A stretch of DNA of 46,425 nt from Deltaproteobacteria bacterium (GTDB lineage Bacteria > Myxococcota_A > UBA796 > SXON01), in the NCBI GenBank assembly GCA_016875435.1, contig VGRE01000003.1, positions 1-46,425 of the forward strand, read 5' to 3'. The first letter of the stretch is position 1. Each line of letters opens with the position of its first letter. Position numbers and translations under genes: made by a program. Below are positions 8,301-18,001 of this stretch, one piece after another. The notes under the pieces were generated by a model that was not told where the DNA came from, made no database searches, and saw nothing but the letters and a program-made list of their open reading frames with translations.

Positions 8301-10167
8301 AGCCGGACGGGGCCTCGCAGTCGAGGGTCGTCGAGCCGTCGTCGCCGTAGCCGTCGCCGTCGGCGTCGGTATACCAGGTGATCGCGTCGGTGGCGTCGGC
8401 CCCGTCGATGTCGCCTGAGCAGTCGTTATCGACGTCGTCGCACACCTCCTCGGCGGCTGGGTTGATCGCCGAGTCGCGGTCGTCGCACTCCTCGCAGGCG
8501 GCGTAGCCGTCGCTGTCGTTGTCGTCGAAGCCGCTGGATCCGTCGCAGTTGTAGTCGTTCGGGTCCGAGCAGTCGGACTCGCTGGCGCCAGGATGAAAAT
8601 CGCTGTCGGCGTCGTCGCAGTCGCCGTAGCGGTTGGCGTAGCCGCTCGGCTCGTCGCAGGCGTCGAGCGTGGCGGAAGTCTCGCCGTACCCGTCGTCGTC
8701 TGCGTCGCGATACCAGGTGCGCTGGCCGGTGACCGAGGCGTCGTCGTCGTCGGTGGCACCGTCGCAGTCGTCGTCGATGTCGTTGCACGACTCGGTGGCG
8801 GAGGGGTTCACCGCGTCGTCGGTGTCGTCGCAGTCGCCCCCGGTCGCCACGTGGCCGGCGGGAACGATGCAGTCGGTGGCGACGCTGGACTCGTCGCCGT
8901 AGCCGTCGCCGTCGTCGTCGGCGTAGCTGTCGAAGGCATCGACGGCGCTCTCGCCGTCGGTCGTGCCGTCGCAGTCGTTGTCGACGTCGTCGCACAGCTC
9001 CACCTGCCCGGGGTACACGCTCGCGTCGGTATCGTCGCAGTCCTCGCAGGCGGCGGCGCCGTCGCCGTCGACGTCGACGTAGCCGGTGCTCCCGTCGCAG
9101 TTGTAGTCGACGGGGTCGGTGCAGTCGTCCTCGAGCGCGGTGGGGTTCACATCCTTGTTGCTGTCGTCGCAGTCGCCGTCCTGGGCGACGTAGTCCGCAG
9201 GGGCGTCGCAAGCCACGGTCGAGGTGCTGGTGTCGCCGAAGAGGTCGCCGTCGCCGTCGTAGTACCAGGTCTTGGCGTCGGTCGCGTCGTCTTCGTCGAC
9301 CTGGCCGTCGCCGTCGTTGTCCTTGTTGTCGCACGTCTCGGTGTCGTAGCAGTCGGCCAGGCCGTCCTTGTCGCTGTCGAAGCCCTCGTCGGTCTCGCCG
9401 TCGCAGTTGTCGTCGACGTCGTTGCATGTCTCCGTGGCGCCGGGATTCACGGCGGCGTCGGCGTCGTCGCAGTCCTCGCCGCCGTCGATGGGGGCGAGGT
9501 AGCCGTCGCCGTCCTCGTCGCCGTCGACCACCTCGAAGGTGACGAGCTCGGTCGCGGTGGCTCCGTGGGTATCGGTGACGGTGACGGAAAGGTCGTGGGC
9601 GCCCGCCGAGGGCGTGATGAGGACGATCGCGTGGCCGTTGCTGTCGGGGCTCGCCGGCAAGTCCGCGCCCTCGGCGGCGCTCCCGCTCCACGCGAATGTA
9701 AGTCGCGACAGGTCATCTTCGTCGTCTTCGACGTCGAGCTCGACAGCGACGCTGTCGCCCACGATGTAGCGATCGCCGTCGAGCGGCGAGGAGAACTCGA
9801 TGCTCGGGGCCTCGTTGTCGACCACGGAAAACTCTGCGTCGTCGGAACCCACGTTCCCGGCCGGGTCGATGGCGGTGAGGCGCAGGTCGTGGTCCCCCAC
9901 CGGGAGGTCGGCCTGCGGCGTGAAGAAGACCGCGTTGCCTTCCCAGGTGCTCTCGCCGCTAAGGGTCTCGAGCCCGTTGAGGGTCCAGAAGATGTTCAGG
10001 TCGCCGGACGCGTCGTCGCCGTCGGACACCGTGCCCACGAAGCTCACCGTGGCCCCCTCCACGATGCTGCCGCCATCCTCTGGGGACGTGATGGTGACGG
10101 TGGGGCGGTAGTCCTCGACGCCGGTATCGGCCGCGTCGCAGGCGACCAGCAGTTGTGCGATCCACAT
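5353..10167 (-). CDS. Giant surface lipoprotein: Ig-like domains, about 14 MopE-like Cys/Asp putative metal-binding repeats, C-terminal FG-GAP/integrin-alpha-like propeller (1604 aa)
   Basis: ATG 10167 preceded by AAAGGTG gives MWIAQLLVAC; repeats DCDD.D..(V/I)NP.A.E.C...D.DCDG and WY.D.DGDGYG; GDLD.DG..DL.VG and GAVY motifs. Confidence 0.9.
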   Translation of the reverse strand: MWIAQLLVACDAADTGVEDYRPTVTITSPEDGGSIVEGATVSFVGTVSDGDDASGDLNIFWTLNGLETLSGESTWEGNAVFFTPQADLPVGDHDLRLTAIDPAGNVGSDDAEFSVVDNEAPSIEFSSPLDGDRYIVGDSVAVELDVEDDEDDLSRLTFAWSGSAAEGADLPASPDSNGHAIVLITPSAGAHDLSVTVTDTHGATATELVTFEVVDGDEDGDGYLAPIDGGEDCDDADAAVNPGATETCNDVDDNCDGETDEGFDSDKDGLADCYDTETCDNKDNDGDGQVDEDDATDAKTWYYDGDGDLFGDTSTSTVACDAPADYVAQDGDCDDSNKDVNPTALEDDCTDPVDYNCDGSTGYVDVDGDGAAACEDCDDTDASVYPGQVELCDDVDNDCDGTTDGESAVDAFDSYADDDGDGYGDESSVATDCIVPAGHVATGGDCDDTDDAVNPSATESCNDIDDDCDGATDDDDASVTGQRTWYRDADDDGYGETSATLDACDEPSGYANRYGDCDDADSDFHPGASESDCSDPNDYNCDGSSGFDDNDSDGYAACEECDDRDSAINPAAEEVCDDVDNDCSGDIDGADATDAITWYTDADGDGYGDDGSTTLDCEAPSGFVGDDTDCDDSRDDVNPGATELCDSRDTDEDCDGLADDDDSSTSSGSMSTLYRDADGDSYGDASSTMLACDDVAGYATSASDCDDGDANVNPGETEVCDSADTDEDCDGLADDSDPSVIGKSRSYADADADGYGNASVSMLACDVTSGNVSNSGDCDDTDAAINPAATETCDGDDNDCDGSTDESGATGETTWYRDADADGYGTTATTRSACTIPSGYVADATDCNDSSAAISPADAEVCDSSDTDEDCDGLADGDDPSVTGTSNWYTDADGDGYGDGASLLSACEGPSGTVTNSSDCDDTDAEVSPAGVEDCNGEDDDCDGSTDEDASDALTWYPDDDGDGHGDATAAEVECSAPSGYLSTGGDCDDTDAAINPAATETCDGDDNDCDGSTDESGATGEATWYRDADADGYGTTATTRSACTIPSGYVADATDCNDSSAAISPAATEICDAAGADEDCDGLANSADSSASGASTWYLDADGDGYGDATASSVSCDLPSGYVDTGDDCDDTDAAVNPGEREECEDGIDNDCDGSDLSCTWSGDYAATGDADSVFYASESGDRLGYAVATGMDLDGDGIDDVVVSATGDDVDASDRGTANFFSGPLTAGEQSSDDEFYAQRTSPSGTQYVGAVIVPIEDYDGDGDDEVAVHGYVSWSRYFYLLEGPISSGVISLSTDADDSYSYTSNALNPEAICSGGSYQSSSSSNALISANIGTSSYRGRVTIDVGSTTVLTVTGESNNDYMGYALAGGSGADVDGDGADDAWFGAPGDDDGGTDAGAFYVMYGDTVGLGLSITAAAANKVTAETAGDGLGTTLRYAGDADNDGYADVLAGSPGDDDGSIDAGAVYLFNYSDLDSTTADALFSVVGATGADSLGDYMLDAGDLDTDGYVDLVVGTPEAAEGGPGAGAVYVVYGPLAGAHDFGADDYDAAFLGETGDACGRSGRLGDTDGDGKLDLVYGCDMSEQSSSSITGVGSFSVVLGL
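6968..7844. repeat. Near-identical 247-bp direct duplication inside the giant lipoprotein gene (6968-7214 and 7598-7844)
   Basis: The copies are 630 bp apart and differ at one position (7101 c vs 7731 t). Confidence 0.9.
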
Positions 10168-10232
10168 CGTCCACACCTTTGGGGGGGGGATGACAGGATA
10201 CCGCAGACCGGCGGCGGTGGCTAAGTGCGCGC

Positions 10233-11360
10233 GTGAAGTCGAGCCCGCCCCGTGACGCCCGCGACGACCTCGCCCCGGCCTCGCTGGCGGCGCGCCGCGC
10301 GTACACGGGCCTCGAACTTCCCCATCTCGCCGGGGTGCCGGTGGATCCTGCGACGGCGCGAGGCAACGTGGAGGGGATGGTGGGCTACGCCCAGGTGCCC
10401 CTCGGCATCGCCGGTCCACTCGTGCTGCGTGGCGATGCCGAGGGGAGCTACACCGTGCCCTTCGCCACCACCGAGGGGACGATGGTGGCCAGCTACCAGC
10501 GAGGGATGAGGGTCATCGCGGAGTCGGGAGGCGCCCTGGTGCGGGTGATGCGCGAGGGCTACGCGCTCTTTCCCCTGCTGACCTACCCGGGGGTCGACGA
10601 GGCGCGCGCCGCCGGCCACTGGGTGGACGCCCACCGCGAGGCGCTGGTGCTTGCCGCCGAGGCCACCACCCGCCATGGCAAGGTGACGGAGCTCGACTGG
10701 GAGCTTCTTGGTCGATGCCTGTTGTTGACGCTGCGCATGCACACGGGCGACGCCCAGGGCGCCAACATGGTGAACCGGGCCGCGCAGGCCGTGGCGGGGG
10801 CGATCTCGTCGGCCACGGCGCCCGCGCGCGTGGCGCTGCACGGCTACGACCCCGAGAAGCGAGCGTCGACCCGCCACTGGCGCGGCCGCTGGGTGGTGGC
10901 GTCGGTGCGGGTGCCCGCGAGCGTCGTGGCCGCGCGACTGCGCACCACCTCGGCGGCCCTGGCCCACCTGTGGGCCGACTACCAGCTCGCCTACGCGCGC
11001 ATGGGTACCGCCAACCACGCCCTCCAGGTGGCCAACGGCCTGGCGGCCATCTACGTGGCCACGGGACAAGACGCCGCCTACACCGCCGAGAGCTGCGCGT
11101 GTAGCCTGTCGCTGGAAGACGACGGCGGCGAGCTCGTGGCCACGCTCGACCTGCCGTCGCTCCACGTGGCCACGGTCGGCGGAGGCACGCAGAAGGGCAC
11201 GGCGGCCGAGTGCCAGCGCATCATCGGCGCCCGCTCGGCGCGGGAGCTGGCCTGCGTGATGGCCGGCGCCTTGCTCGCCGGCGATCTCAACCTCGCGGCG
11301 AGCTTCCTCGGCGACGACTTCGCGGGGGCGCACGAGCGGCTGGGCCGGAGCCGGCCGTAG
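10233..11360 (+). CDS. hmgA: Class I HMG-CoA reductase-like protein (divergent)
   Basis: VPLGIAGPL, VPFATTEG.MVAS, GDAQGANMV, AAIYVATGQD.A...ES, LPSL.VATVGGGT, C-terminal AHERLGR. Confidence 0.85.
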   Translation: MKSSPPRDARDDLAPASLAARRAYTGLELPHLAGVPVDPATARGNVEGMVGYAQVPLGIAGPLVLRGDAEGSYTVPFATTEGTMVASYQRGMRVIAESGGALVRVMREGYALFPLLTYPGVDEARAAGHWVDAHREALVLAAEATTRHGKVTELDWELLGRCLLLTLRMHTGDAQGANMVNRAAQAVAGAISSATAPARVALHGYDPEKRASTRHWRGRWVVASVRVPASVVAARLRTTSAALAHLWADYQLAYARMGTANHALQVANGLAAIYVATGQDAAYTAESCACSLSLEDDGGELVATLDLPSLHVATVGGGTQKGTAAECQRIIGARSARELACVMAGALLAGDLNLAASFLGDDFAGAHERLGRSRP

Positions 11361-11382
11361 GCGGAGGGCCCAGGCGCAGGGG

Positions 11383-11530
11383 TTAGGCTGCAGGCCCGAG
11401 GCGCTGCGACGTCGCCTCGCAAGCCACGGCGCGGCCGTCCTGCCGGGCATCCAGCGCCCTCCCCCAGCGGGCCACGCCCCACGTCAACGGCGAGGACCGT
11501 AGCCGCCGGCACTCGGGTCCTACAGCCTAC
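11383..11530. repeat. Imperfect long inverted repeat (REP-doublet/MITE-like) between hmgA and tdh
   Basis: TTAGGCTGCAGG-CCCGAG (11383-11400) matches the reverse complement of 11512-11530, GTAGGCTGTAGGACCCGAG; each arm has its own hairpin (CGAGGCG/CGCCTCG; AGGACC/GGTCCT). Confidence 0.5.
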
Positions 11531-11546
11531 GTGATAGCGCCCCCCG

Positions 11547-12716
11547 ATGTCCGACACGATGTGGGCCCTCACCTTCGACTCCGAACGCGACGGGTGGCGC
11601 CGTTCCACCGGCCTCGTCAAGGAGCGCGTGCCCGTCCCCCGGCTCGATCAGCCCGGCGAGGCCGACCGGTCCTCCGTCATCATCCGCGTGAAGTACGCGG
11701 GCTTCTGTGGCAGCGACCGCGGCATCTGGTGGCGCAAGGCCTTCGGCGACATGATCGAGGGATCGCTGCGCGAGGAACACAAGACCACCCGCGTGGTGGG
11801 CCACGAGCTGCTCGGAGAGATCGTGGAGGTGGGGAGCCGGGTGACGGAGAAGTACGGCTACCTGCCCGGCGACGTGGTCTCCACCGAGTCGCACATCATC
11901 TGCGGCGTGTGCCACCAGTGCCGGGTGGGCGACAGCCACGTGTGCGCGCGGGACAAGATCATCGGCATCTCCACGGATGGCTGCTTCGCCGAGTACCTGA
12001 AACTACCCGCGAAGTCCCTGTGGAAGACCGACGTCGCCCGGCTCCGTCCCGAGGTGGCGGCGGTGCAGGAGCCCTTCGGCAACGCGGTCCACGCCTGCCA
12101 GGCTACCGACCTGCGCGGCAAGACCGTCGCCGTCTTTGGCTGCGGCACCATCGGGCTGTTCGCCGTGCTCATCGCCCGCGGCATGGGCGCCACCAAGATC
12201 ATCGGCGTCGAGGTCGACCCGAAGCACGCGGAGATGGCGCGCCAGCTAGGTTGCGACGCGGTGCTCGTCCCCCAGGCGCAGCCCGACCGGCCCAACGCCA
12301 GCGACCCGGCCCTGCGCGAGGCCATCCGCGAGCTGACCGATGGGATGGGGGTCGACGTGGCACTCGAGATGGCGGGTTTCAACTCCTCGATGAACAACGC
12401 CATCAAGTCGGTTCGCCGCGGTGGTCACGTGGTGCTGTTCGGCGTGAAGAACGGCGACGCGGTCATCGAGGACGTCCATCGCGTGGTGATGGACGGGCTG
12501 CGCCTTCACGGCATCGTCGGCCGCCAGATCTTCGGCACCTGGGAGATCACCCGTCGCCTGCTGGAAGATCGCCAGAATGGCATCCAGGACGCGATCTGGA
12601 AGGTGATCCTCGAGGGGGGTCGCGACACGCTCGTCGACATCCGCGACTGGGAACGCCAGGCCTTCGAGGGCATGATCGGCAGGCATCCCAAGGTGGTCAT
12701 CAAGTTTACCGGCTAG
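11547..12716 (+). CDS. tdh: L-threonine 3-dehydrogenase (Zn-dependent MDR family)
   Basis: GFCGSD, GHE, ESHIICGVCHQC...HVC, EPFGNAVH, GCGTIG, GIVGRQIFGTW; kbl is nearby. Confidence 0.85.
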   Translation: MSDTMWALTFDSERDGWRRSTGLVKERVPVPRLDQPGEADRSSVIIRVKYAGFCGSDRGIWWRKAFGDMIEGSLREEHKTTRVVGHELLGEIVEVGSRVTEKYGYLPGDVVSTESHIICGVCHQCRVGDSHVCARDKIIGISTDGCFAEYLKLPAKSLWKTDVARLRPEVAAVQEPFGNAVHACQATDLRGKTVAVFGCGTIGLFAVLIARGMGATKIIGVEVDPKHAEMARQLGCDAVLVPQAQPDRPNASDPALREAIRELTDGMGVDVALEMAGFNSSMNNAIKSVRRGGHVVLFGVKNGDAVIEDVHRVVMDGLRLHGIVGRQIFGTWEITRRLLEDRQNGIQDAIWKVILEGGRDTLVDIRDWERQAFEGMIGRHPKVVIKFTG

Positions 12717-12726
12717 AGTGGTCGCC

Positions 12727-14274
12727 ATGTGGTTGTTTCTCGCGTGCTCCGGCGACGAGCCCAGTGAGGGTGTCGAAACCCCCGCCGACAGCGGTCCCGA
12801 GGACGAGACCGACAGCGGTCCCGAGGACGAGACCGACAGCGGCGACACCGCGGACACCGGCGATGCCCTCGTCTTCGACACCACCGTCGACGTCATCGTG
12901 GTGGGCAGCGGGCCGGCGGGCGCGGCCGCGACCGTCACGGCGATGGACGCCGGCGCCACGGTGATCGTCTTCGAGCGCGAGGAAGAGGCCGGCATGGGGA
13001 TGCGCCTCGCGGGCATGGCGTACGGCGTCGACACCCGCTGGCAGGCCGCCGAGGGCGTGACCGACTCGGTGGAGGCGGCCATCGCCGAGTGGCCCGAGAT
13101 CACCGGCGCCAACGCGAGCGAGGGCGTAGAGGCCTTCATCACCAACAGCGGCGCCAACCTCGAGTGGCTCGAGGCCAAGGGCGCGGAGATCATCGGCCCC
13201 ATCGAAGACCTCGACGTCGGCTCGGTGGCGCGCCTGCACCAGATGGGCTGGGACGAGGACCCCTGGCCAACCTTCACCGAGGGCTACGAGCCCGAGCTGC
13301 GCCTCGGCGTGGAGGTGACCGAGCCGGTGATGGCCGACGGCGTGGTGGTGGGCGTGCGCTGGCGCGACACCGTCACCGGGGAAGAAGGCGCCACCGGCGC
13401 CGGTGCCGTGGTGATCGCCACCGGCGGTTTCCTCCGCAATCGCGATCGCGTCGACGCGGCCGTCCCCGCGCTGGCCGACCGCGACCTGCTCTACGAGACC
13501 AACCCCTCCTCCAACGGCGGCGGTCTCCCCTTCCTCGACCTCGCCGGGGCGGGCTCGTTGCGGATGGAGGACATCGGGATGTACGTCCACGCCATCCAGG
13601 ACCCCGCCGAGGCGGAGGGAGAGGCGCTGGTGGCCTTCATGCCCGACGGCATGGTGCTCGTCGACAGCACCGGCAACCGCTTCATCGACGAGGAGTGGAT
13701 CAGGTCCTTCGACCTCTTCGACCAGTTGCCGAGCGGCGACGTGTTCGGCATCACCTCGGGCCCCAACGCCGGGTACCTCGCATTCATGCGACCGGCGTAC
13801 AACTGGGTGGTGCTCGACGAGCCGGAGTTCGTGACTCTCACGGAAGTCCAGGACCTCGGCAGTACGGATGTCTTCATGGGCGCAGACCCCGAGGAGCTCG
13901 CGGCACTCGCTGGGTTCGATCCCGGCGCCTTCGTCGCCACGCTCGACGCCTTCAACACCGCCGTGTACACCGGGACCGCCGACGCTTTTGGCCGCGAGCT
14001 CGAGCCCGGCGACGCGCTCGACGGGGCGCCCTTCGTGGCGTTGCGCCTGACCCCGGGGCTGGCGAAGGCCTTCGGCGGCGTGGCCACCGATGCCAGCGGG
14101 CACGTGCTCACGCCCATGGGCGAGGCGATTCCCGGCTTGTACGCCGCGGGCGAGGTGACGGGCATGGTGCTCGGCGGGGGTGGTGGCGATGGCTTCTCGG
14201 GGAGCGGCAACGCTTGCTACTGGTCGGGGCGCGTGGCCGGCGGCAATGCGGCGGCGAGCGCGCTGGGGGAATAG
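12727..14274 (+). CDS. Exported FAD-binding oxidoreductase lipoprotein (FAD_binding_2; fumarate reductase/KstD superfamily)
   Basis: MWLFLAC leader; [48 protein letters not shown]. Confidence 0.85.
   Translation: MWLFLACSGDEPSEGVETPADSGPEDETDSGPEDETDSGDTADTGDALVFDTTVDVIVVGSGPAGAAATVTAMDAGATVIVFEREEEAGMGMRLAGMAYGVDTRWQAAEGVTDSVEAAIAEWPEITGANASEGVEAFITNSGANLEWLEAKGAEIIGPIEDLDVGSVARLHQMGWDEDPWPTFTEGYEPELRLGVEVTEPVMADGVVVGVRWRDTVTGEEGATGAGAVVIATGGFLRNRDRVDAAVPALADRDLLYETNPSSNGGGLPFLDLAGAGSLRMEDIGMYVHAIQDPAEAEGEALVAFMPDGMVLVDSTGNRFIDEEWIRSFDLFDQLPSGDVFGITSGPNAGYLAFMRPAYNWVVLDEPEFVTLTEVQDLGSTDVFMGADPEELAALAGFDPGAFVATLDAFNTAVYTGTADAFGRELEPGDALDGAPFVALRLTPGLAKAFGGVATDASGHVLTPMGEAIPGLYAAGEVTGMVLGGGGGDGFSGSGNACYWSGRVAGGNAAASALGE
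12787..12842 (+). repeat. 24-bp tandem repeat (2.3 copies) encoding the DSGPEDET tether
   Basis: GACAGCGGTCCCGAGGACGAGACC x2 followed by GACAGCGG. Confidence 0.9.
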
Positions 14275-14285
14275 TCGAGGGGCCC

Positions 14286-15473
<1,188 letters not shown>

Positions 15474-15740
15474 GAGGCGGTAGGCGGGTTTTCGGTGATT
15501 CGAGGCCTCTTGCGCACCCCGGGCGGCGGTCGGAGAGCTTACGTCGCGGCGGGGAGTAGCGATGATGGTCGTCGCGCAGTCGCTGAGGACCCACGGCCTA
15601 CGGCCTTCGGCGAGCAGCGCGAGCACCTGCTGCGCGAGCGGGTCGTTCTGTCGCGACAACCACTGGGCCGCCTTCTGGACAGTGCGCTTGCGGAGCCCGG
15701 CTGCACCACCTCCACCCGCTCGCCCACCCGGTCGACACGC

Positions 15741-16169
15741 TCAGGGACAGGTGAGCAGCGCGCAGGCGTAGGTGGTGGTCTGCGCGGCGATGGGGATCTC
15801 CATTTCCGCCTTGCAGGTGGTGCTGCCGCGGGTCCAGGTGGCCTGGAAGTGCCAGGTGCCCACGCCGAGCGTCTTCTCCACGATGCCGTCGCCGGAGGTC
15901 TTGCCGACGGTCTGCACGCCGCCGGTTTCCGCCGGCTCCAGGGTGTAGTCGCGGTAGGCCACGAACACCGGGTCGCGCGGGTCGTCGGACTCGTCGGTGA
16001 TCACGCGGGCAAAGAGCAGCCCGCTCGACCCGGCCACGTCGCTCGCCGCTTCCTGTTCCCAGTTGCCCGCCTCCTCCACCTCGGCGCAGAAGACCGAAGC
16101 CAGGTCGACGCTGGAGTCGACTTCGACGGGGGAACAGGCCACGAGCGTGGCGAGAACGAGCGCGCGCAT
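15741..16169 (-). CDS. Hypothetical lipoprotein (small beta-sandwich, carboxypeptidase-regulatory-like)
   Basis: MRALVLATLVAC lipobox; KTSGDG...LGVGTWHF; TAAGGT box 6 nt upstream. Confidence 0.75.
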   Translation of the reverse strand: MRALVLATLVACSPVEVDSSVDLASVFCAEVEEAGNWEQEAASDVAGSSGLLFARVITDESDDPRDPVFVAYRDYTLEPAETGGVQTVGKTSGDGIVEKTLGVGTWHFQATWTRGSTTCKAEMEIPIAAQTTTYACALLTCP

Positions 16170-16217
16170 GGGGCAACCTTACCGCGTTCGCGGCGGTCCG
16201 GGTGCTACCCTGCCCCG
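16170..16217. promoter_or_regulatory. Back-to-back divergent leaderless-type promoters
   Basis: Minus strand: TAAGGT-6 nt-ATG(16169); plus strand: TGc-TACCCT-6 nt-GTG(16218). Confidence 0.6.
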
Positions 16218-17267
16218 GTGGACGAGCTCGACCACATCGCCCGCCGGGTCGTCGAGGGCGGCGGCCCCTGGACGATCGAGCTTTACCCGACCCTCGCCTG
16301 CAACCTCGACTGCCGATTCTGCGACACGGCGCCGAGGCACGTGAAGCCGGTCGACGAGCTCGACGAGGCGCAGTGGCTCCGCATCGTCGACGAGGCCGCC
16401 GACATGGGGGCGCGGCGCGCGATGGTGCTCGGGGGCGGCGAGCCGCTGTTGTCACCCCATGCGCCCGCGCTCATGCGACGCATCAAGGCGCGGGGCCTCT
16501 CGGGCATGTTGACCAGCAACGGCACGCTGTTGACCGCGCCGGTGCGCGCCTTGCTCCTCGACATCGGGTGGGACGAGGTGCACCTGTCGATCGACGGCGC
16601 CCGCGCCCGCACCCACGACGCCCTCCGCGGGCGGCCGGGCGCCTTCCGCCGCACCGTCAGCCACGCCTGTCGCCTCCGCGCCGAGCGCGACCAGCGGGGC
16701 CTCGCCGCGCCGCGCATCGTGATCCACACGGTGCTCACCCGCGCCAACGTCGACGAGCTGGCCGAGCTGGCGCGGCTGGGGGCGGCGGTGGGCGCCGACC
16801 GGGTGGAGCTCGACGCGCTGGTGGCCTACCGTCCCGAGCAGGTGGCGCTGCAGCTCGGGCCGGCAGAGAGCGCGCGCCTTTCTGGGCGCGTGGCCGAGGG
16901 CCTCGAGGCGGCGCGGGAGGTGGGCGTGGCGACGAACTACGCGCGCTTCGTCGAGGTGCGCGTCACCGAGCGCGGGCAGCACGCCCCGGCCGCCGGGCCC
17001 GGCGAGGGGCTCCGCGCCGCCCCCTGCCTCAAGCCCTTCCACCACCTCGCCGTCACCGCCGACGGGCGCCTCTCGCCCTGCTGCGTGCTCGCCGGGGAAG
17101 GCGAGTCGCTGCGCCGCCGGCCGGTGGCCGAGGCCTGGGCGGCGAGCCCCTACCTGTCGCGACTAAGGGCGGGCATGCTGCGGGGCGTCGCCACCGGGCG
17201 ATGCGCCGAGTGCAGCGAGAACATCCTGGTGCACGAGCGCGCCATCCGGGCGAGGATCCCCGCGTGA
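16218..17267 (+). CDS. Radical SAM protein with C-terminal SPASM/twitch domain
   Basis: CNLDCRFC, GGGEPLL, TSNGTLL, LSIDG, C.KPF..L.V.ADG..SPCC...CAEC; GTG start at 16218. Confidence 0.9.
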   Translation: MDELDHIARRVVEGGGPWTIELYPTLACNLDCRFCDTAPRHVKPVDELDEAQWLRIVDEAADMGARRAMVLGGGEPLLSPHAPALMRRIKARGLSGMLTSNGTLLTAPVRALLLDIGWDEVHLSIDGARARTHDALRGRPGAFRRTVSHACRLRAERDQRGLAAPRIVIHTVLTRANVDELAELARLGAAVGADRVELDALVAYRPEQVALQLGPAESARLSGRVAEGLEAAREVGVATNYARFVEVRVTERGQHAPAAGPGEGLRAAPCLKPFHHLAVTADGRLSPCCVLAGEGESLRRRPVAEAWAASPYLSRLRAGMLRGVATGRCAECSENILVHERAIRARIPA

Positions 17268-18001
17268 ACGTCAATCTCGAGTTGACCGACCACTGCAACA
17301 TCGCCTGCCGCATGTGCAGCCAGTCGCTGCGCGACGAGGCCCACGGCGCGCCCCACCGCTTCATGGACTTCGACACGTGGCGTCGCGCTCTCGACGGCCT
17401 GCGCGGCCTGCGCGACGTGACCCTCTGCCCCCACTGGCTGGGCGAGCCCACGCTGCATCCCGAGTTCGACCGCTTCGTGCGCCACGCCTTCGAGCACAAC
17501 GCCAACAACGTCCTGTTTCGCCACTTCAAGGTCCACACCAACGCCGTGCTCCTGCCGCCGGAGCGCGTGGAGACCCTGCTCGACGTGGCGTCGGCCGGCG
17601 GGCTCTTGCCCGACACCTTCCTCGCGGTACACTTCTCGATCGACGCCTTCGCTCGCGACACGTATACGCTTGTAAAGGGCGCTGACCGGCGGGAGGTGGT
17701 GTTCCGCAACGTGGAGCGCTTCTTGTCGCGACGTGCCGAGCGAGGGCTCCGCCGTCCCGTGGTGCATGTCGCCTACGTGGTGCAGGACGGGAACACCGGC
17801 GAGGTCGCTGCCTTCGTCGAGCACTGGCGTCCTCGCCTCGCGCGCCCGGTGCTCACCGCCGACTGGCCCCCGATGGACCGCGACGCCGTGTACCTCCGGC
17901 GCTGGAACACCGGCGACCAGGCCCGCGCCGACGCGATCCACGCCGAGGCCTGCCGCGCCGTGGGCCTCGTACCCGTGTCGCGACCGGAGGGCGCATTCTG
18001 A
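17264..18001 (+). CDS. Radical SAM protein lacking a SPASM domain (245 aa)
   Basis: GTGA overlap with the upstream gene; LELTDHCNIACRMC, WLGEPTLHP, HTNA, FSIDA; ends without auxiliary-cluster cysteines. Confidence 0.85.
   Translation: MNVNLELTDHCNIACRMCSQSLRDEAHGAPHRFMDFDTWRRALDGLRGLRDVTLCPHWLGEPTLHPEFDRFVRHAFEHNANNVLFRHFKVHTNAVLLPPERVETLLDVASAGGLLPDTFLAVHFSIDAFARDTYTLVKGADRREVVFRNVERFLSRRAERGLRRPVVHVAYVVQDGNTGEVAAFVEHWRPRLARPVLTADWPPMDRDAVYLRRWNTGDQARADAIHAEACRAVGLVPVSRPEGAF

Noticed and set aside
5415-10366. Numerous long antisense and alternate-frame ORFs (Arg-rich, Val/Ala-rich, Thr-rich) here and throughout the window
   Set aside because: Shadow ORFs of GAC/GGC-rich repeat genes; low complexity and no motifs
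11361-11546. Glycine riboswitch or SRP/6S RNA upstream of tdh-kbl
   Set aside because: Conserved glycine-aptamer and SRP loop motifs are not seen, and tdh appears to have a -10 box immediately before its start; kept only as an inverted-repeat element
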